The notes under the pieces were generated by a model. It did no database searches. It saw only the letters and a program-made list of their open reading frames with translations, and had not been told where the DNA came from. A stretch of DNA of 50,165 nucleotides from Macrostomum lignano (lineage: Eukaryota): assembly GCA_002269645.1 (NCBI GenBank), contig NIVC01004331.1:18179-68343 (forward strand), in the 5' to 3' direction. A program made the translations under genes and the position numbers. Shown in pieces: positions 22,992 through 35,355 of this stretch (positions are counted from its first letter, which is position 1; every line of letters starts with the position of its first letter).

Positions 22992-23526
22992 CAGGGGCGT
23001 CGCCATGGATTTTATGGTGATGGGGGGGCAAAGCCAAGAATTCAACATGTACATGTAGATGACTAAATTTTAGCACTCATTTTGGCGCCGCAGGCACTCC
23101 TTTTGGCGCCGCAGACACTCCTTTTGGCGCCGCCAGGCACTTATTTTAGCGCGGCAGGTACTCATTTTAGCGCGCCAGGCACTCATTTTAGCGCGCCAGG
23201 CACTCATTTTAGCGCGCCAGGCACTTATTTTAGCGCCGCAGGCACTCATTTTAGTGCTGCAGGCACTTATTTTAGCGCGGCAGGCACTCATTTTAGCGCC
23301 GCAGGCACTCATTTTAGCGCGGCAGGCACTCATTTTAGCGCGGCAGGCACTCATTTTAGCGCGGCAGGCACTCATTTTAGCGCGGCAGGCACTCATTTTA
23401 GCGCCTAGCGCTATATTTTGGCGCCTGAAGAAAAATTATTGATTACCACAACGACTCACAAGGTGGGGTGGGGAGGACAAGGTGGGGTGGGATTGCCATC
23501 CCCCCCCCGGTGGCGATGCGCGCCTG
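22992..23526. mobile_element. hAT-like MITE containing an internal 21-bp minisatellite
   Basis: Imperfect TIRs caggggcgtcgcca / tggcgatgcgcgcctg; 8-bp TSD attgtact / attgtgct (7 of 8 match). Confidence 0.7.
23068..23426. repeat. 21-bp minisatellite gcaggcactcattttagcgcg
   Basis: About 16 units inside the MITE. Confidence 0.93.
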
Positions 23527-23605
23527 ATTGTGCTACTTGACCGGAAAAAACACCTACAAACCAGGCACAGGCCCGGCCCCGACTAGCTAACCCCAAGTTC
23601 GTGAG

Positions 23606-24252
23606 TCAGTCCTGCCGATCGGGGAAGCAGGCCCAGCCGCTGCTAGCTGGGGCAGGCGAATCCCACAGCAGAGTCTCGCCAAGCAGCATCCAAGCCACCG
23701 GGTCGCTGCTGCTGCCAACAACGGCGCCGGCGTTTTCGTCATCGTCGGGATCGTTGGGGCCGCCGCTGCTGCCACTGTCGAGGAAGCCGCCCCAGAGACT
23801 GCGATTGGACAGCGTGGGCTCAGGCCAGGCAACAGCCTCCGAGCCGCGCCATCCAGACTCCTGCCGGGCCTCCTGCTGTTGCTGCTGAGTTGTCGCCGGC
23901 TGCAGCAGCTGCTGACGCCGCAGCTCCTCGTAGTGGAACATCCGCTGCGACTTCTGCAGGGTGACCTGCGCCAGCTCTGAGAGCGGCCTCTCCTGGCACC
24001 AGGGCGCCACCAGGCCGGTTGGGGGACCTGCGACCTGGTGCAGCTGCTGCTGCTGTTGCCGCTGCTGCTGCTGCTGCTGGCGCTGCCGCTGCTGTAGCTG
24101 GTGATGACTGTTCTGTTGGTGATACTGGTGCTGGCGCAGCGGATGCCCCGGCCCGTATAAGCCAGCTGCGATTGGCTTCATTTGTTGTTGTTGCTGCTGC
24201 TGCTGCGGACTCGGCTGCTGGCCGATTCGCTGGTTGGCTTCCTCGGCTTCTT
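23606..24252 (-). CDS. TMEM131: TMEM131 exon 13 of 13 (Gln-rich C-terminus, stop)
   Basis: tttag|AA GAA GCC is in phase with exon 12; open to ...CFPDRQD*. Confidence 0.78.
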
Positions 24253-24344
24253 CTAAAGGAAGGGGAAAATCTAAGCTATGCTGAAAATGGTTTGCTGAGC
24301 TGAGAGACTGTTGGAGAAGAAGACAGTGGACAGAGACCAGGCAA

Positions 24345-25130
24345 CACACAGCGGACAAACAGCACACAGCGGACAGACAGCAAAAAGCGGACAGACAGCA
24401 AAAAGCGGACAGACAGCACACAGCGGACAGACAGCACAAAGCGGACAGACAGCACACAGCGGACAAACAGCACACAGCGGACAGACAGCAAAAAGCGGAC
24501 AGACAGCAAAAAGCGGACAGACAGCAAAAAGCGGACAAACAGCACACAGCGGACAGACAGCAAAAAGCGGACAGACAGCACACAGCGGACAGACAGCAAA
24601 AAGCGGACAGACAGCACACAGCGGACAGACAGCACACAGCTGACAGACAGCACACAGTAGACAGACAGCACACAGCGGACAAACAGCACACAGCGGACAG
24701 ACAGCAAAAAGCGGACAGACAGCACACAGCGGACAGACAGCACAAAGCGGACAGACAGCACACAGTAGACAGACAGCACACAGTAGACAGACAGCACACA
24801 GCGGACAGACAGCACACAGCGAACAAACAGCAAAAAGCGGACAGACAGCACACAGCGGACAGACAGCACAAAGCGGACAGACAGCACACAGCGGACAGAC
24901 AGCACACAGCTGACAGACAGCACACAGTAGACAGACAGCACACAGCGGACAGACAGCACACAGCGGACAAACAGCACACAGCGGACAGACAGCAAAAAGC
25001 GGACAGACAGCACACAGCGGACAGACAGCACAAAGCGGACAGACAGCACACAGCGGACAGACAGCACACAGCTGACAGACAGCACACAGTAGACAGACAG
25101 CACACAGCGGACAGACAGCACACAGCGGAC
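24345..25130. repeat. 18-bp minisatellite acagcacacagcggacag in TMEM131 intron 12
   Basis: About 43 units; reads (CCLSAV)n in the TMEM131 frame. Confidence 0.96.
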
Positions 25131-25158
25131 TCATCAATGCAAGTTCGCAGAGCTTTAC

Positions 25159-25310
25159 CTCTGCGCAGTCTGGGATGCGTCATCATCGGCTTAACAACGG
25201 ATGTCTTTGGCTGCTGCTTGCACTGCAGCGGCTGCAGCGGCACGGCCCTGACAGAGACAGTTGGCACCGCCGCAGACTGCTGCTGCTGCTGAGCCTGCTG
25301 CGCAAGTGAT
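25159..25310 (-). CDS. TMEM131: TMEM131 exon 12 of 13
   Basis: ttccag|A TCA CTT ... CGC AGA G|gtaaag; phase 2-1 is consistent with its neighbours. Confidence 0.75.
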
Positions 25311-25685
25311 CTGGAAATTCAGGCGATGCATTAAGAATGCGAAACGGAATTGGCTGAAAAACACTGATGTACTTTATTAATACGAGTATATACACACAGT
25401 AGCCAAAGTTACAAATCCAGCAACCATGATTTTAATTGAGTAAAGTGACGCTACTCCGATTAAAAAATTCCAGAAAATGTTATACTTTCTACTATAAGTA
25501 GTTGAAACGATGCAGACAGATTTTTACGGATAGTGAAACGCGGTCAAGTTGCGACCGACCGACGCAACGCTGTGCCGCTAAAAGAGATATGATTAAAAAC
25601 AGTCGAACGGCAACTTGTCAATCATAACTAAGCATAATAATTAAAGATCATACAGACATGTAGATGAGGTGAACTGCTGCCTCAC

Positions 25686-25998
25686 CCAAAACCAGACGAC
25701 GCCGCTTTGACCGACCGCTGGTTGCCGGCGCCGACGCGTTGAAACGCCGATCCGGCCGTCTCCCAACTGCTGGCGTCCGAGGCGCTGCCGTTACTGCTGG
25801 ATGTTGAACAGTCTTCCTGATGCTGCTGAACCTGGCGCTGCTGCTGCCGACGGAGCTGGTCTTGGCCAGCGGCTCCGGCAGATGCTTTGCGGCCGCCGTT
25901 AGCCGCTAGCGACGGCTGCTGGCCAGAAAGGTCCGGGGCGGCCTTCTGCTGCTGAGACTTGGATGCTGACGGCTTACTTTTAGTCGGCAGCGGCTTGC
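25686..25998 (-). CDS. TMEM131: TMEM131 exon 11 of 13 (low-complexity cytoplasmic region)
   Basis: ttcag|GC AAG CCG ... TTT GG|gtgagg; open frame including CSTSSSNGSASDASSWE; absent from the ORF track. Confidence 0.75.
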
Positions 25999-26613
25999 CT
26001 GAAGCGGTGAATAATCACAGGTTCACAGTTCACAGATCTATAATAACTCAATATTAGCTGCTATAAGCGTAGCTCGGGCGTGTGAGTCACCCGGACTGCT
26101 GTGAGCTCCCACAGAGAGAGGGGGAAGGCGAGCAGCGGCAGGACAGAGTGGGAAGCGGGAGCAAACACGGCGCTAAGCAGCCACGCGGCCAACCCCCTCC
26201 TCCCCCCAGAGTTCTGCAACCAGGCCGGCAACGGGCGGGGTGACAAAAATGCAGAGTCTCCGACACACACACAGTCAGGGAGATGGAGAGGAAGAAAAGC
26301 GCGGGGCAAACGGGAGAACACGGAATCAGTGGGGGAAAGATTTCCAATTCCCATCCGTTGCTATTCAGCCGGGCCTACGCACAATTCCCATGCCAGAAAA
26401 GTCAGACATAAAGAGATAAAAAGTTAACTGATGCATATTCTGGGCAGCGGAAGCAGATAGCAGATATGGCATCGCGGCCCGGGGCTCCAATATAGAAAGC
26501 CATTGCGATGGTTAAAAATAGACGCCCCCCCCCGTGAAAATATGGGTTCAACGCTTAAGAAACAATAGCAAGGGGGGACTCCATTTACCCCAGTGCGTGC
26601 TGCAAGTTCCACC

Positions 26614-27091
26614 CTGAGTGCCCTGCATCAGCCACACTGAGTGCCCTGCATCAGCCACACTGAGTGCCCTGCATCAGCCACACTGAGTGCCCTGCATCAG
26701 CCACACTGAGTGCCCTGCATCAGCCACACTGAGTGCCCTGCATCAGCCACACTGAGTGCCCTGCATCAGCCACACTGAGTGCCCTGCATCAGCCACACTG
26801 AGTGCCCTGCATCAGCCACACTGAGTGCCCTGCATCAGCCACACTGAGTGCCCTGCATCAGCCACACTGAGTGCCCTGCATCAGCCACACTGAGTGCCCT
26901 GCATCAGCCACACTGAGTGCCCTGCATCAGCCACACTGAGTGCCCTGCATCAGCCACACTGAGTGCCCTGCATCAGCCACACTGAGTGCCCTGCATCAGC
27001 CACACTGAGTGCCCTGCATCAGCCACACTGAGTGCCCTGCATCAGCCACACTGAGTGCCCTGCATCAGCCACACTGAGTGCCCTGCATCAG
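26614..27091. repeat. 23-bp minisatellite ctgagtgccctgcatcagccaca, locus 1 (intron 10)
   Basis: About 21 essentially identical units. Confidence 0.97.
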
Positions 27092-27119
27092 ACAAACAGA
27101 AGCTAAAATCTCCGCTCAC

Positions 27120-28565
27120 CCCTGCGGTCAATCTGCGGAAAGGCAATCGGCTCGAACTGCGGCGTTCGAATAGCGGCCGCCGTCAAAGGAGGCGAGCCAA
27201 CATCCGCCGACGTTGAAGACGGCGACGGCGTTGACTGCGAAGCAGCGGCTGCCGTTGCTAACTTGCGCGAACGTCGGACAGTCGGCTGACCAGTCGAAGC
27301 TGTTGTCGATGCCGCCGCCTGCTGCAACCCGACACTTGACCTGGCGGACGCGGCAGCGGCGTGTCGACCAACGCTGGCCTGACCGCGCGCCGACGAGCCT
27401 CCGACCGACAAGCTGCCGTCCGCGGCGCCGCCAGCCCGGCCAGCCCGACGTTGCCGCCACCACCAGCAGGGCAGCCAGGCGGTCAGGCGGCTGAACAAGC
27501 CGCTGTCGGCAGACCTGTCCGGCACTGCGACAACGCTGGGCGTTGACTTCGACGCCGACTGTTCAGTCTGCGGTAACGCTGTCGGCGGCGCTGCTGAGGT
27601 AGCCGAAGCGGAATTGGCACTAGCGGAGGATGAGGAGGCAGCGGCAGCAGCCGACGCAGACGACAGCCGGTCGGCGGTGACGCAGGCGGACATGATGGCC
27701 CACAGGGCGGCGGCCAAAACAGCACCAACCAAGCCGGTCTGCAGCGGCGTCTCCCACGGCGGCCTAGGCAGGCGGGCGGAGCAGGCGGCGACTTGGGTCG
27801 GCGTCAGGCCGCCACGAAGTACGACGCGAAGAGCGCCGCCGACCAGGCGAAGCTCCCGAGTTGTACGCAGCTGGCAGAGGTCGGGCGTGAAGGTCACGGC
27901 CATGTGCAGCGACTCGTTCGGCCCCAAGCGGATCGGCGCGCACGGGCCACCATAAAGCCGGCGTCGGAGCAGCCGCTGGCGTCGCGGCCGACAATCGGCG
28001 GCCCGGAGTCGACAGTCAGCGGGCCGGGATTGACAATCGTCAGCTGGCGCCAGATGCTAGGAGGCACCCGCTGACACGGCGGCTCGAGGCCGGTGGCTCC
28101 GGCCAGGCCGAACTCCATGCTGTCGGCGCTGGCGCGCAGTTCAACTCTTGCGCCGCGGCCGACGGCCAGCAGCGGCTCCACGCCGGTGAGATTGTTGCGC
28201 AACAGGAACAGGGCACGGAATTCGCCCGACTCGGTTGGCCGGAAAGTCACAGGCAGGTGGGCTCGCTGGCGAGGCCGAATTAGAACGGCCAAAGTGTCCG
28301 GGTGGATGTCCGGATAGCCAACCGGCAGTCGGCGATATTCGGTCGCCCAGCGCGGCGTCGGGGTCAGGCGGATGGAGCGGGCGGATGAGGCGGCGGAGTC
28401 TGAGGCGGAAGAGTCTAGAGTGGCGTCCTGCAGGGCGGCCTCCAGTCCCAGGTGGCTGAGGGCGGAGGCCTGGCCCGGGTAGGCGCTGAGCGGCACCAGG
28501 TGGGCGAGCACCGTCTTGTCTGTCGGGTTCTCTAAGATCAGATCCGCAGTTGAAGCTTTGCCGAC
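27120..28565 (-). CDS. TMEM131: TMEM131 exon 10 of 13 (includes the transmembrane segment); apparent 1-bp deletion at about 27945
   Basis: cag|VGKASTADLILENPTDK..LFLLRNNLTGVE..GF, then FTPDL..RELRLV..CSARLPRPPWE-TM match TMEM131 motifs. The two frames join if CCC at 27944-27946 is CCCC. Confidence 0.9.
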
Positions 28566-28585
28566 CTGCGGATGAGCGAAGTGAA

Positions 28586-29704
28586 CTGCATCAGCCACAC
28601 TGAATACCCTGCATCAGCCACACTGAGTGCCCTGCATCAGTCACACTGAGTGCCCTGCATCAGCCACACTGAGTGCCCTGCATCAGCCACACTGAATGCC
28701 CTGCATCAGCCACACTGAGTGCCCTGCATCAGTCACACTGAGTGCCCTGCATCAGCCACACTGAGTGCCCTGCATCAGCCACACTGAATGCCCTGCATCA
28801 GCCACACTGAGTGCCCTGCATCAGCCACACTGAATGCCCTGCATCAGCCATACTGAGTGCCCAGCATCAGCCACACTGAGTGCCCTGCATCTGCCACACT
28901 GAGTGCCCTGCATCAGCCACACTGAATGCCCTGCATCAGCCACACTGAGTGCCCTGCATCAGCCACACTGAATGCCCTGCATCAGCCATACTGAGTGCCC
29001 AGCATCAGCCACACTGAGTGCCCTGCATCTGCCACACTGAGTGCCCAGCATCAGCCACACTGAGTGCCCAGCATCAGCCACACTGAATACCCTGCATCAG
29101 CCACACTGAGTGCCCTGCATCAGTCACACTGAGTGCCCTGCATCAGCCACACTGAGTGCCCTGCATCAGCCACACTGAGTGCCCTGCATCAGCCACACTG
29201 AATGCCCTGCATCAGCCACACTGAGTGCCCTGCATCAGCCACACTGAATGCCCTGCATCAGCCACACTGAGTGCCCAGCATCAGCCACACTGAGTGCCCT
29301 GCATCAGCCACACTGAGTGCCCTGCATCAGCCACACTGAGTGCCCTGCATCAGCCACACTGAATGCCCTGCATCAGCCACACTGAATGCCCTGCATCAGC
29401 CACACTGAGTGCCCTGCATCAGCCACACTGAGTGCCCTGCATCAGCCACACTGAGTGCCCTGCATCAGCCACACTGAATGCCCTGCATCAGCCACACTGA
29501 ACGCCCTGCATCAGCCACACTGAGTGCCCTGCATCAGCCACACTGAGTGCCCTGCATCAGCTACACTGAGTGCCCTGCATCAGCCACACTGAATGCCCTG
29601 CATCAGCCACACTGAATGCCCTGCATCAGCCACACTGAACGCCCTGCATCAGCCACACTGAGTGCCCTGCATGAGCCACACTGAGTGCCCTGCATGAGCC
29701 ACAC
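28586..29704. repeat. 23-bp minisatellite, locus 2 (intron 9)
   Basis: About 48 units of the same family as 26614-27091, with point variants. Confidence 0.97.
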
Positions 29705-30410
29705 AGAACCCGCACGAGTGCACACAATGAAATAGATAGCCAGTGTACACAGGAGTCAGCACAATGGCCATGTTTGACTGCTTACTAGCTGCCTGCAGCA
29801 GCCCACCCCTACCCTAAGCAAACAGCTTTAACTTAAGCCTAAAAGATTAAAGGAAGGTAGGTAAATTTCCGGTATTTTTTGAGCGCAGCATCTATCTTAC
29901 GAGCTGATTGATGGCAAAGTTTCTGGCTTCAGTACAAAATCCGCTGATGATAAATTTATACGCAAATAACCAATTGAATGCTGAATAGTTTCGCATTATC
30001 GGATAACTGTCAATATTAAGCATTTGACAATCACACGAGAGTAAAAAAGCTGGCTGTTAAGACTGAAGTGGAATACGCCGGATGGGCCAATGACGGCAAG
30101 GGGACTTGACAACCTATTTCTACGAGTAGAATCCTTCTCACTCCTAGTTGCTATAGCCTCATCTGTTGCTTCGTGAGGCAAACGAGGAGAATTGATAGTT
30201 TCGCATTAAATTGCCTGACGCAGTCAGCTGCGACCATTTTAAATAAATTTTCCTATGAATAGCCGAATGCAGCCTAAGACTGCAGTTGGGCCTGGGTTCC
30301 ACTCGGTTCGTTTAACAACTATCTATTGATTATCCCGCACTGCACTCATCCATCGAGGCAAAGGGCTTGCGGTAATTTTAGAAAAAAACAGTGCTTTAGG
30401 ATGGAAGGGA

Positions 30411-32646
30411 AGGACAGGACAGGATAGGAAAGGACAGGATAGAAAAGGACAGAATAGGAAAGGACAGGATAGAAAAGGACAGAATAGGAAAGGACAGGAT
30501 AGAAAAGGACAGAATAGGAAAGGACAGGATAGAAAAGGACAGAATAGGAAAGGACAGGATAGGATAGGACAGGACAGGATAGGACAGGACAGGATAGGAA
30601 AGGACAGGATAGAAAAGGACAGAATAGGAAAGGACAGGATAGAAAAGGACAGAATAGGAAAGGACAGGATAGAAAAGGACAGAATAGGAAAGGACAGGAT
30701 AGAAAAGGACAGAATAGGAAAGGACAGGATAGGATAGGACAGGACAGGATAGGACAGGACAGGATAGGACAGGACAGGACAGGAAAGGTCAGGATAGGAA
30801 AGGATAGGATAGGATAGGGACAGGACAGGACAGGATAAGAACGGACAGGACAGGACAGGATAGGAAAGGACAGGATAGGATAGGATAGAAAAGGACAGGA
30901 CAGGATAGGATAGGAAAGGATAGGATAGGATAGGAAAGGACAGGACAGGACAGGACAGGATAGGAAAGGACAGGACAGGATAGGAAAGGACAGGATAGGA
31001 TAGGAAAGGACAGGTAGGATAGGGACAGGACAGGACAGGAAAGGACAGGACAGGACAGGATAGGAAAGGACAGGATAGGATAGGATAGGAAAGGACAGGA
31101 CAGGATAGGATAGGAAAGGACAGGACAGGATAGGATAGGAAAGGACAGGACAGGATAGGAAAGGACAGGACAGGACAGGATAGGAAAGGACAGGATAGGA
31201 TAGGATAGGAAAGGACAGGACAGGACAGGATAGGATAGGAAAGGACAGGACAGGACAGGATAGGATAGGAAAGGACAGGACAGGACAGGATAGGAAAGGA
31301 CAGGACAGGACAGGATAGAAAAGGACAGGATAGGATAGGATAGGAAAGGACAGGACAGGACAGGATAGGATAGGAAAGGACAGGACAGGACAGGATAGGA
31401 TAGGAAAGGACAGGACAGGACAGGATAGGAAAGGACAGGACAGGACAGGATAGGAAAGGACAGGATAGGATAGGAAAGGACAGGATAGGACAGGACAGGA
31501 TAGGAAAGGATAGGATAGGATAGGATAGGAAAGGAAAGGAAAGGACAGGATAGGATAGGACAGGACAGGATAGGAAAGGACAGGATAGGATAGGATAGGA
31601 AAGGACAGGACAGGATAGGATAGGAAAGGACAGGACAGGATAGGATAGGAAAGGACAGGACAGGATAGGAAAGGACAGGACAGGACAGGATAGGAAAGGA
31701 CAGGATAGGATAGGATAGGAAAGGACAGGACAGGACAGGATAGGATAGGAAAGGACAGGACAGGACAGGATAGGATAGGAAAGGACAGGACAGGACAGGA
31801 CAGGATAGGAAAGGACAGGACAGGACAGGATAGGAAAGGACAGGATAGGATAGGAAAGGACAGGATAGGACAGGACAGGATAGGAAAGGACAGGATAGGA
31901 TAGGATAGGAAAGGAAAGGAAAGGACAGGATAGGATAGGAAAGGACAGGACAGGACAGGATAGGAAAGGACAGGATAGGATAGGAAAGGAAAGGACAAGA
32001 TAGGATAGGAAAGGACAGAACAGGACAGGATAGGAAAGGACAGGATAGGATAGGAAAGGACAGGATAGGACAGGACAGGACACGATAGGAAAGGACAGGA
32101 TAGAATAGGACAGGACAGGATAGGAAAGGAAAGGACAGGATAGGAAAGGACAGGATAGGAAAGGACAGGATAGGAAAGGACAGGATAGGAAAGGACAGGA
32201 CAGGATAGGATAGGAAAGGACAGGACAGGATAGGATAGGAAAGGACAGGACAGGACAGGAAAGGACAGGACAGGACAGGATAGGAAAGGACAGGATAGGA
32301 AAGGACAGGACAGGATAGGATAGGAAAGGACAGGACAGGACAGGATAGGAAAGGACAGGACAGGACAGGACAGGATAGGAAAGGACAGGATAGGAAAGGA
32401 CAGGATAGGAAAGGACAGGATAGGAAAGGACAGGACAGGATAGGATAGGAAAGGACAGGACAGGATAGGATAGGAAAGGACAGGACAGGACAGGATAGGA
32501 AAGGACAGGACAGGACAGGACAGGATAGGAAAGGACAGGATAGGATAGGAAAGGACAGGATAGGACAGGACAGGATAGGATAGGAAAGGACAGGATAGGA
32601 AAGGACAGGATAGGAAAGGACAGGATAGGAAAGGACAGGATAGGAA
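30411..32646. repeat. Purine-rich pentanucleotide array (AGGAC/AGGAT/AGGAA)
   Basis: 2.2 kb of 5-bp units; 30-bp higher-order block at about 30420-30720. Confidence 0.97.
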
Positions 32647-32658
32647 ATGAAATCTCAC

Positions 32659-32951
32659 CTGCGTGACAGGCAGTTCCAATCGAGGCAGCCGAGAGCCGCC
32701 ATCACCGCCACCGCTGCCGCCGCCAGCAGCCCAGCCGGCAGAGGGGTAAAGGCTCGGCCACACCAGACTGGCCCTGGCCTCAAACAAGAACAGATGCGAG
32801 TGCTCGGTGACGAGCTGCACTGTCACATTGGCCAGTCTCTGATCAGCTTGGCTCAGGGCAGACCAGCGGGAGCGCAGCCTGGCCAGCTGGTACTGGTCCG
32901 AGCGAAGCGTGCGACGGCCCAGGCTCAGGCCGGCTAGCCATTCGATACCGG
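32659..32951 (-). CDS. TMEM131: TMEM131 exon 9 of 13
   Basis: ccgcag|CC GGT ATC ... QLVTEHSHLFLFEARASLVWPSL ... LELPVTQ|gtgaga matches the TMEM131 NTDL..ITAELSWPS region. Confidence 0.87.
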
Positions 32952-32977
32952 CTGCGGATTGGTTGGCGTGCAAGACT

Positions 32978-33941
32978 CATCGGTCATGACATAATCCCCA
33001 TCGGTCATGACATAATCCCCATCGGTCATGACATAACCCCCATCGGTCATGACATAATCCCCATCGATCATGACATAAAACCCATCGGTCATGACATAAC
33101 CCCCATCGGTCATGACATAACCCCGATCCGTCATGACATAATCCCCAATCGGTCATGACATAACCCTCATCGGTCATGACATAATCCTCATCGGTCATGA
33201 CATAACCCCCATCCGTCATGACATAATCCCCAATCGGTCATGACATAACCCCCATCGGTCATGACATAATCCCCAATCGGTCATGACATAATCCCCAATC
33301 GGTCATGACATAACCCCCATCGGTCATGACATAATCCTCATCGGTCATGACATAACCCCCATCGGTCATGACATAACCCCCATCGGTCATGACATAATCC
33401 CTATCGGTCATGACATAATCCCTATCGGTCATGACATAATCCCCAATCGGTCATGACATAATCCCCAATCGGTCATGACATAACCCCCATCGGTCATGGC
33501 ATAATCCTCATCGGTCATGACATAACCCCCATCGGTCATGACATAATCCTCATCGGTCATGACATAATCCCTATCGGTCATGACATAATCCCTATCGTTC
33601 ATGACATAATCCTCATCGGTCATGACATAATCCCTATCGGTCATGACATAATCCTCATCGGTCATGACATAATCCCTATCGGTCATGACATAATCCCTAT
33701 TGGTCATGACATAATCCTCATCGGTCATGACATAATCCCTATCGGTCATGACATAATCCCTATCGGTCATGACATAATCCCTATCGGTCATGACATAATC
33801 CTCATCGGTCATGACATAATCCCTATCGGTCATGACATAATCCTCATCGGTCATGACATAACCCCAATCGGTCATGACATAATCCTCATCGGTCATGACA
33901 TAATCCCTATCGGTCATGACATAATCCCTATTGGTCATGAC
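32978..33941. repeat. 21-bp minisatellite atcggtcatgacataatcccc
   Basis: About 45 units, each with the palindrome gtcatgac. Confidence 0.97.
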
Positions 33942-34229
33942 TAAATCTCGGGAAAAGTTATCTTGGAGAGACTGCTATCTCGGGAAAAGATCTAGAACAG
34001 ACAACGATTTTATATGATAAGTGCTGCAGAGTTGGGGATCTGCGAGAAAGTCGGGGCAGCTGGGGGAAGTGAGCAAGCATATCAGGACCGGGAGACGAGA
34101 AAGGGAAATAGGAGCAAGAGAGGTAGATGAGGATGAAGATTTTAGAAAAGGAAACTGGAAAACCCCGAAACGCGACAGGAATGGCATACGAAATGAGCGC
34201 ATATTGAGCTCCCAGAGATACAGGGAGGA

Positions 34230-34410
34230 GGCAAGCAAAACAGCAGGCACTAGGAGGCCCTTAAAGAAGATAGAAATTGGCGTACGAGCAGAAGTAGGAA
34301 GAAAAAGCTACAGAAGTTTCCAGGGTTGGAATTGCTCAATCATGCAGCTCAGCAGAAAGCAGCTCGCAGCAAGCAAGAGAATTTAAGAATTTAAGGAAGA
34401 CGACTAAGAC
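34230..34410 (+). mobile_element. Possible degenerate 3' end of an L2/CR1-like LINE
   Basis: The translation IEIGVRAEVGRKSYRSFQGWN resembles post-RT C-terminal motifs (RT..G.RSF.Y.G...WN). Weak. Confidence 0.3.
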
Positions 34411-34574
34411 AGCCTAGCCCGCCCGGGCCATTCAAATTATATAGCTCGTACTTCAGCCTTTTTCTTTACAATATGTACTTTCTCTGATAGCTGCTCTCCG
34501 CTCAGCCTACTTTGCTTACAATCTGACGCTATGGATGCAGTCCTTCTCTGGCTGACTTTTCCCTCCCATGCCCC

Positions 34575-35117
34575 CTCTGATCCTATCTTAGCCTGCCTCC
34601 GATCCTATCTCACCCAGTCTCCGATCTGATCTCATCCTGTCCGATCTGATCTCAGCCTGTCTCCGATCCTATCTCATCCTGTCTCCGATCCTATCTCACC
34701 CTGCCTCCGATCCTATCTCATCCTGTCTCCGATCCTAGCTCATCCTGTCTCCGATCCTATCTCAGCCTGTCTCTGATCCTATCTCAGCCTGTCTCTGATC
34801 CTATCTCATCCTGTCTCCGATCCTATCTCATCCTGTCTCCGATCCTAGCTCATCCTGTCTCCGATCCTATCTCAGCCTGTCTCTGATCCTATCTCATCCT
34901 GCCTCATATTCTATCTCATCCTGCCTCCGATCCCATCTCACCCTACCTCCGATCCTATCTCACCCTGCCTCCGATCCTATCTAATCCTGTCTCCGATCCT
35001 AGCTCATCCTGTCTCTGATCCTATCTCAGCCTGTCTCTGATCCAAGCTCATCCTGTCTCCGATCCTATCTCATCCTGTCTCCGATCCTAGCTCATCCTGT
35101 CTCCGATCCGATCTCAC
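34575..35117. repeat. 22-bp minisatellite ctccgatcctatctcatcctgt
   Basis: About 24 variant units in intron 8. Confidence 0.93.
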
Positions 35118-35175
35118 CATACCGCCGCCCCACCCCCCACGCAGAAGAGCAATACCAACAAGAATCGGGACTCAC

Positions 35176-35251
35176 TAGAAGAGCTAGTTGAAAATCCAAC
35201 GTAGCAATCGTTACCGCAGACGCGCCTGTGATCAAAGCACAGCTTGCCAAT
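35176..35251 (-). CDS. TMEM131: TMEM131 exon 8 of 13 (76-bp Cys-motif exon)
   Basis: ttgcag|IGKLCFDHRRVCGNDCYVGFSTSSS A|gtgagt matches the conserved FDP..C...CYVG motif. Phase 0-1 bridges exons 7 and 9. Confidence 0.9.
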
Positions 35252-35355
35252 CTGCAAAGCAATGTTTTTGGATAGGAAGCAAAAATAACACTGCGAGTGT
35301 AAAGATGTACAAAAGTTGTCTACATCAAGAGTCTGATTGATTGAGTCTCACTCAC

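Noticed and set aside
28566-28598. Repeat unit providing the exon 10 splice acceptor (gatgcag at the array end)
   Set aside because: Homology and phase favour the catccgcag acceptor 20 nt downstream, giving PVTQ|VGK.
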